From positions 68,361-132,360 of the forward strand of contig JAMLID010000001.1 of the NCBI GenBank assembly GCA_023954355.1: a stretch of DNA of 64,000 nucleotides, given 5' to 3'. Numbering within the stretch: position 1 is the stretch's first letter; each line of letters opens with the position of its first letter. A program made the translations under genes and the position numbers. Under the pieces are notes generated by a model, which did not search any database, was not told the origin of the DNA, and saw only the letters and a program-made list of their open reading frames with translations. This DNA is from Oligoflexia bacterium. GTDB lineage: Bacteria; Bdellovibrionota; UBA1018; CAIPTA01. This document shows positions 60,752 to 64,000 of this stretch, one piece after another.

Positions 60752-61790
60752 ACTTTAAATAGCCTCTTTTAACTTGGTCTCTTTCGATGGCATCGAAAAG
60801 GGCTTGGAAGTTTCCGTTGCCGAATCCGCCATGGTTTTCTCTTTGAATGACTTCATAAAAAATTGGTCCAACCATATTTTTAGTAAAAATTTGTAAAAGA
60901 TAGCCCGCTTCATCTCCATCAGCGAGAAGCGATAAGGACTGCAATTTTTTTGTTTCTTCCCACAGCAATGGCAATCTAGTTTTTAAAACTTCGTAATAGG
61001 TATCTGGAGGAGAATCTAAGAAGGAGATTTCTTTCTTATTCAATTCTTCTACTGTGTGAATGGCGTTGGTTACTAAAAAAGCCACATGCTGAATGCCTGG
61101 CCCATTATACTCTTCTAAATATTCTTGGATTTGAGATTTCCCATCAGAAGGTTCATTAATGGGAATGATCACTTTGTAACCCGGACTTACCATTACCTTA
61201 GATAATAAGCCGGTTTTAGAGCCCTTAATGTCAAAATATCGTACGTTTTGAAAATTAAAAGTTTTGGCATAAAAATCACACCATTTATCCATATCGCCTC
61301 TTGGCACATTATGAGTTAGGTGGTCTATTTTAAGTAAGCCCATTTGTGGATTTGCCGGCTCATGAGTGGGTGTGAATGAATTGCGAAATGAAAATTTGTT
61401 ATCTATGAAATAAATAAGAGAATCCCCTATTCCATAAATTGCCGGAAAGCTTACAGAGCCGTCTTTGCCTTCAAAAGGACGTGCGCCATTTTTAAGAGCG
61501 TGTTCAAATGCCTTTTTTGCGTTTTTAACTCTCCAGCCCATGGAACAAATGCTTGGTCCATGACCGTTGTGAAATTTTTCAGCGAACGAATTTTTTTCTG
61601 TATTGAGTAAAAATACACATTCATTTTGCTCATACATCTCTAGCGCTGTTGTCTTTGATTTTGCGGTACGAGAAAAGCCCAATCTTTGAAAAAGACTTCT
61701 TAGTTCGTCTGGCTTTGGACTCGAGTATTCAATAAACGCCATCCCTTCGATACCAGCTGGGTTATCTACATTCATTTCTGGAAAAGACAT
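60750..61790 (-). CDS. hppD: 4-hydroxyphenylpyruvate dioxygenase
   Basis: Two vicinal oxygen chelate modules. C-terminal ...FYEVIQRENHGGFGNGNFQALFDAIERDQ..., typical HPPD. Start set at the Met with AAGGAG 5 nt upstream; the ORF extends to 61835. Confidence 0.85.
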   Translation of the reverse strand: MSFPEMNVDNPAGIEGMAFIEYSSPKPDELRSLFQRLGFSRTAKSKTTALEMYEQNECVFLLNTEKNSFAEKFHNGHGPSICSMGWRVKNAKKAFEHALKNGARPFEGKDGSVSFPAIYGIGDSLIYFIDNKFSFRNSFTPTHEPANPQMGLLKIDHLTHNVPRGDMDKWCDFYAKTFNFQNVRYFDIKGSKTGLLSKVMVSPGYKVIIPINEPSDGKSQIQEYLEEYNGPGIQHVAFLVTNAIHTVEELNKKEISFLDSPPDTYYEVLKTRLPLLWEETKKLQSLSLLADGDEAGYLLQIFTKNMVGPIFYEVIQRENHGGFGNGNFQALFDAIERDQVKRGYLK

Positions 61791-61917
61791 ATAGGCTCCT
61801 TTATTAAGATGCAAAATATTGGCTGAGCCTAACAAAAGAACTAGAGCCTGTCCTCAAATTTATTAGAGATTTGAGAAAGTCTAGGATTTGTCTTAGATTT
61901 AAACACGGAGTGTTCTA

Positions 61918-62619
61918 GTGGAAAAAAAATCATCTCAGCCGATTATTTTGTATACTGATGGGGCTTGCTCGGGAAATCCAGGCCCTGGTGGGTGGGGATC
62001 AATTCTTTTGTCGCCTAAGGGATATGTTGTAGAGCTTGGGGGGGCAGAAAAAGAATCCACAAATAATCGTATGGAGCTTATGGCTGCTATTGCTGGCTTG
62101 GAGTGGCTAAAAGAGAGAAAAGAACTCACCACTAAGCAAGTAAATATTTATACAGACTCTAAATATTTTATCCAAGGTCTTGAGAGCTGGATTTACGGTT
62201 GGAAAAAAAATGGGTGGAAAAATAGCGAAGGTAATCCTGTGGCAAACCAAGATTTGTGGCAGCGGATTGATCTTTTGCAAAGAGACTTTTCCCTAAAGTT
62301 AGAATATGTGCCTGGCCACCAGGGCGTACCAGGAAATGAACGCTGTGACAGAATTGCTGTAGCCTACAGTAAAGGTGAGGTGGTTCGTTTGTTTCAAGGA
62401 GAGTATGGTTCGTATTCTATTGATCTCACAGCGCCAACCTCAGGCTCGACTAAGAAAGCGAACCCCTACTATTTGTCATATGTGGGAGGCCAGATATACC
62501 GTGACGAATCTTGGGCAGAGTGTGAGAAGCGTGTTAAAGGTAGAGCTGGAGCAAAGTATAAGAAATTAAAATCTTCTTCTGAAGAAGACATCTTGCTAAA
62601 GAGCTGGGGCGCAAAATAA
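61918..62619 (+). CDS. rnhA: Ribonuclease HI with C-terminal Cauli_VI/hybrid-binding-like domain
   Basis: RNase H fold motifs (YTDGACSGNPGPGGWG, ...ELMAAI..., TDSKY, GH.G..GNE.CD). The extra ~80-aa C-terminus with YYLSYVGGQIYRDESWAECEKRVKGRAGAKYKKLKSSSEE resembles the RNase H1 hybrid-binding/viroplasmin domain. Confidence 0.8.
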   Translation: MEKKSSQPIILYTDGACSGNPGPGGWGSILLSPKGYVVELGGAEKESTNNRMELMAAIAGLEWLKERKELTTKQVNIYTDSKYFIQGLESWIYGWKKNGWKNSEGNPVANQDLWQRIDLLQRDFSLKLEYVPGHQGVPGNERCDRIAVAYSKGEVVRLFQGEYGSYSIDLTAPTSGSTKKANPYYLSYVGGQIYRDESWAECEKRVKGRAGAKYKKLKSSSEEDILLKSWGAK

Positions 62620-62682
62620 TATAGCGCAATAAAATCCCTTTCCCCCTAGCCTTTTTTAAATCTATCGCATAAAGTTCTTAGC

Positions 62683-64000
62683 ATGATTACAAAAACTGCA
62701 ACGAACTCAGGTACAACATCAACTTTTTCTATGCCTACTGGCAATAAGGACTTCCGCGTCTGTAAAGAGGCGATGGATAATCCAGATACATTTGCTAAAT
62801 TAGCGCGCTGGGGACGAGAAGAAATCAATATTGCTGAGACAGAAATGCCTGGTCTTATGGCTATTCGAAAAGAATATGCGCAAAAGCAGCCCCTAAAAGG
62901 TGCGAAAATTACAGGTTGCCTCCATATGACCATTCAAACAGCTGTTCTTATGGAGACTCTCATTGCTCTTGGAGCAAAGATTCGTTGGTCTAGCTGCAAT
63001 ATTTATTCTACCCAAGATCATGCAGCAGTAGCCATGGCAGCGGCTGGGATTCCCGTATTTGCTTGGAAAGGTGAAACATTAGAAGAGTACGACTGGTGTA
63101 TTGAGCAGTCGGTTGCTGGATGGGGCGCTGATGGTTTTAATATGATTCTTGATGACGGTGGCGATTTAACTCAAATGGTTCATCAAAAATATCCAAAGCT
63201 GGTAGAAAAAATTATTGGAATCACCGAAGAAACCACAACCGGCGTGCATCATCTCTACTTGATGATGAAAGAAGGAAAATTAAAGATTCCTGCAATTAAC
63301 GTAAACGATTCTGTAACGAAATCTAAGTTTGATAATTTATACGGTTGTCGAGAATCTTTAGCAGACGGAATAAAGCGAGCAACAGACGTTATGCTTGCTG
63401 GAAAAGTTGCAGTGGTTGCGGGTTATGGTGACGTAGGTAAGGGTTCTGCTCAGTCATTGCGCCAGTATGGCTGTCGCGTATTGATTACTGAAATCGATCC
63501 TATTTGTGCTTTGCAAGCAGCAATGGAAGGTTACGAAGTAACCACTATGGAAGAAGCTGTGAAAGAAGCAGATATTTTTGTAACCGCTACAGGTTGCTGT
63601 GATATTATTGCAAAACAACATTTCGAAAATATGAAAGATGGAGCGATAGTTTGTAATATCGGACACTTTGATATTGAGATCGATATGGCTTGGTTAAATG
63701 CAAATTCGGATATGCACGAAATTAAGCCGCAGGTAGATCTTCATACCATGAAGAGTGGAAAGAAAATCATTGTATTGGCAAAAGGTCGCTTGGTGAATTT
63801 AGGCTGTGCTACTGGACATCCTAGTTTTGTAATGTCGAATTCTTTCTCTAACCAAACACTTGCTCAAATTGAAATGTGGACGAATAAAGATAACGATAAA
63901 TACCGTAAAATTGACGTCTATCGCTTACCAAAAGAATTAGATGAAAAAGTTGCTGCTTTACATTTGGGTAAAATTGGCGTGAAGTTGACCAAATTAACAG
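62683..64000 (+). CDS. ahcY: Adenosylhomocysteinase (3' end beyond window)
   Basis: ...[23 protein letters not shown]...[37 protein letters not shown]..., then the NAD-binding GYGDVGKG. Not in the ORF track because no stop codon falls inside the window. Confidence 0.9.
   Translation, partial: MITKTATNSGTTSTFSMPTGNKDFRVCKEAMDNPDTFAKLARWGREEINIAETEMPGLMAIRKEYAQKQPLKGAKITGCLHMTIQTAVLMETLIALGAKIRWSSCNIYSTQDHAAVAMAAAGIPVFAWKGETLEEYDWCIEQSVAGWGADGFNMILDDGGDLTQMVHQKYPKLVEKIIGITEETTTGVHHLYLMMKEGKLKIPAINVNDSVTKSKFDNLYGCRESLADGIKRATDVMLAGKVAVVAGYGDVGKGSAQSLRQYGCRVLITEIDPICALQAAMEGYEVTTMEEAVKEADIFVTATGCCDIIAKQHFENMKDGAIVCNIGHFDIEIDMAWLNANSDMHEIKPQVDLHTMKSGKKIIVLAKGRLVNLGCATGHPSFVMSNSFSNQTLAQIEMWTNKDNDKYRKIDVYRLPKELDEKVAALHLGKIGVKLTKLT

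Noticed and set aside
62646-62933. 95-aa minus-strand ORF overlapping the ahcY 5' end.
   Set aside because: Antisense to a very strongly supported adenosylhomocysteinase reading frame.

Overview
The window is a low-GC (~40%) bacterial chromosomal segment that looks like a Bdellovibrionota or Bacteriovoracaceae-type predatory deltaproteobacterium; that assignment is an inference from gene content. Features in order: (1) pheS (3' end), pheT, ihfA and a MerR-family regulator as one conserved operon. (2) A complete 12-gene type II secretion system, gspCDEFGHIJKLMN, on the minus strand. Just upstream sit an HD-GYP c-di-GMP phosphodiesterase gene and two small secreted-protein genes. (3) A long accessory stretch (about 27-43 kb) rich in secreted hydrolases: subtilisin S8, trypsin S1, an HExxH protein, peptidase S51, PepN (M1), M32 carboxypeptidase, a PHB-depolymerase-family esterase and a secreted NADAR lipoprotein. 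A lone tyrosine recombinase gene interrupts this stretch. (4) An unusual rpsR-rpmG-rplX (S18-L33-L24) mini-operon outside the main ribosomal clusters. (5) sucA-sucB-lpd, with lpd broken by a single-base frameshift. (6) A four-gene operon that resembles the Cyc2/Cyc1/rusticyanin iron-oxidation module: a Cyc2-like fused mono-heme cytochrome/beta-barrel, YceI, a diheme cytochrome c and a cupredoxin, divergent from a large multi-domain regulator. This is the top candidate for an undescribed system here. (7) Tyrosine-catabolism genes (hmgA-like, hppD), rnhA with an extra C-terminal domain, and the 5' part of ahcY. No rRNA, tRNA or CRISPR arrays were found.
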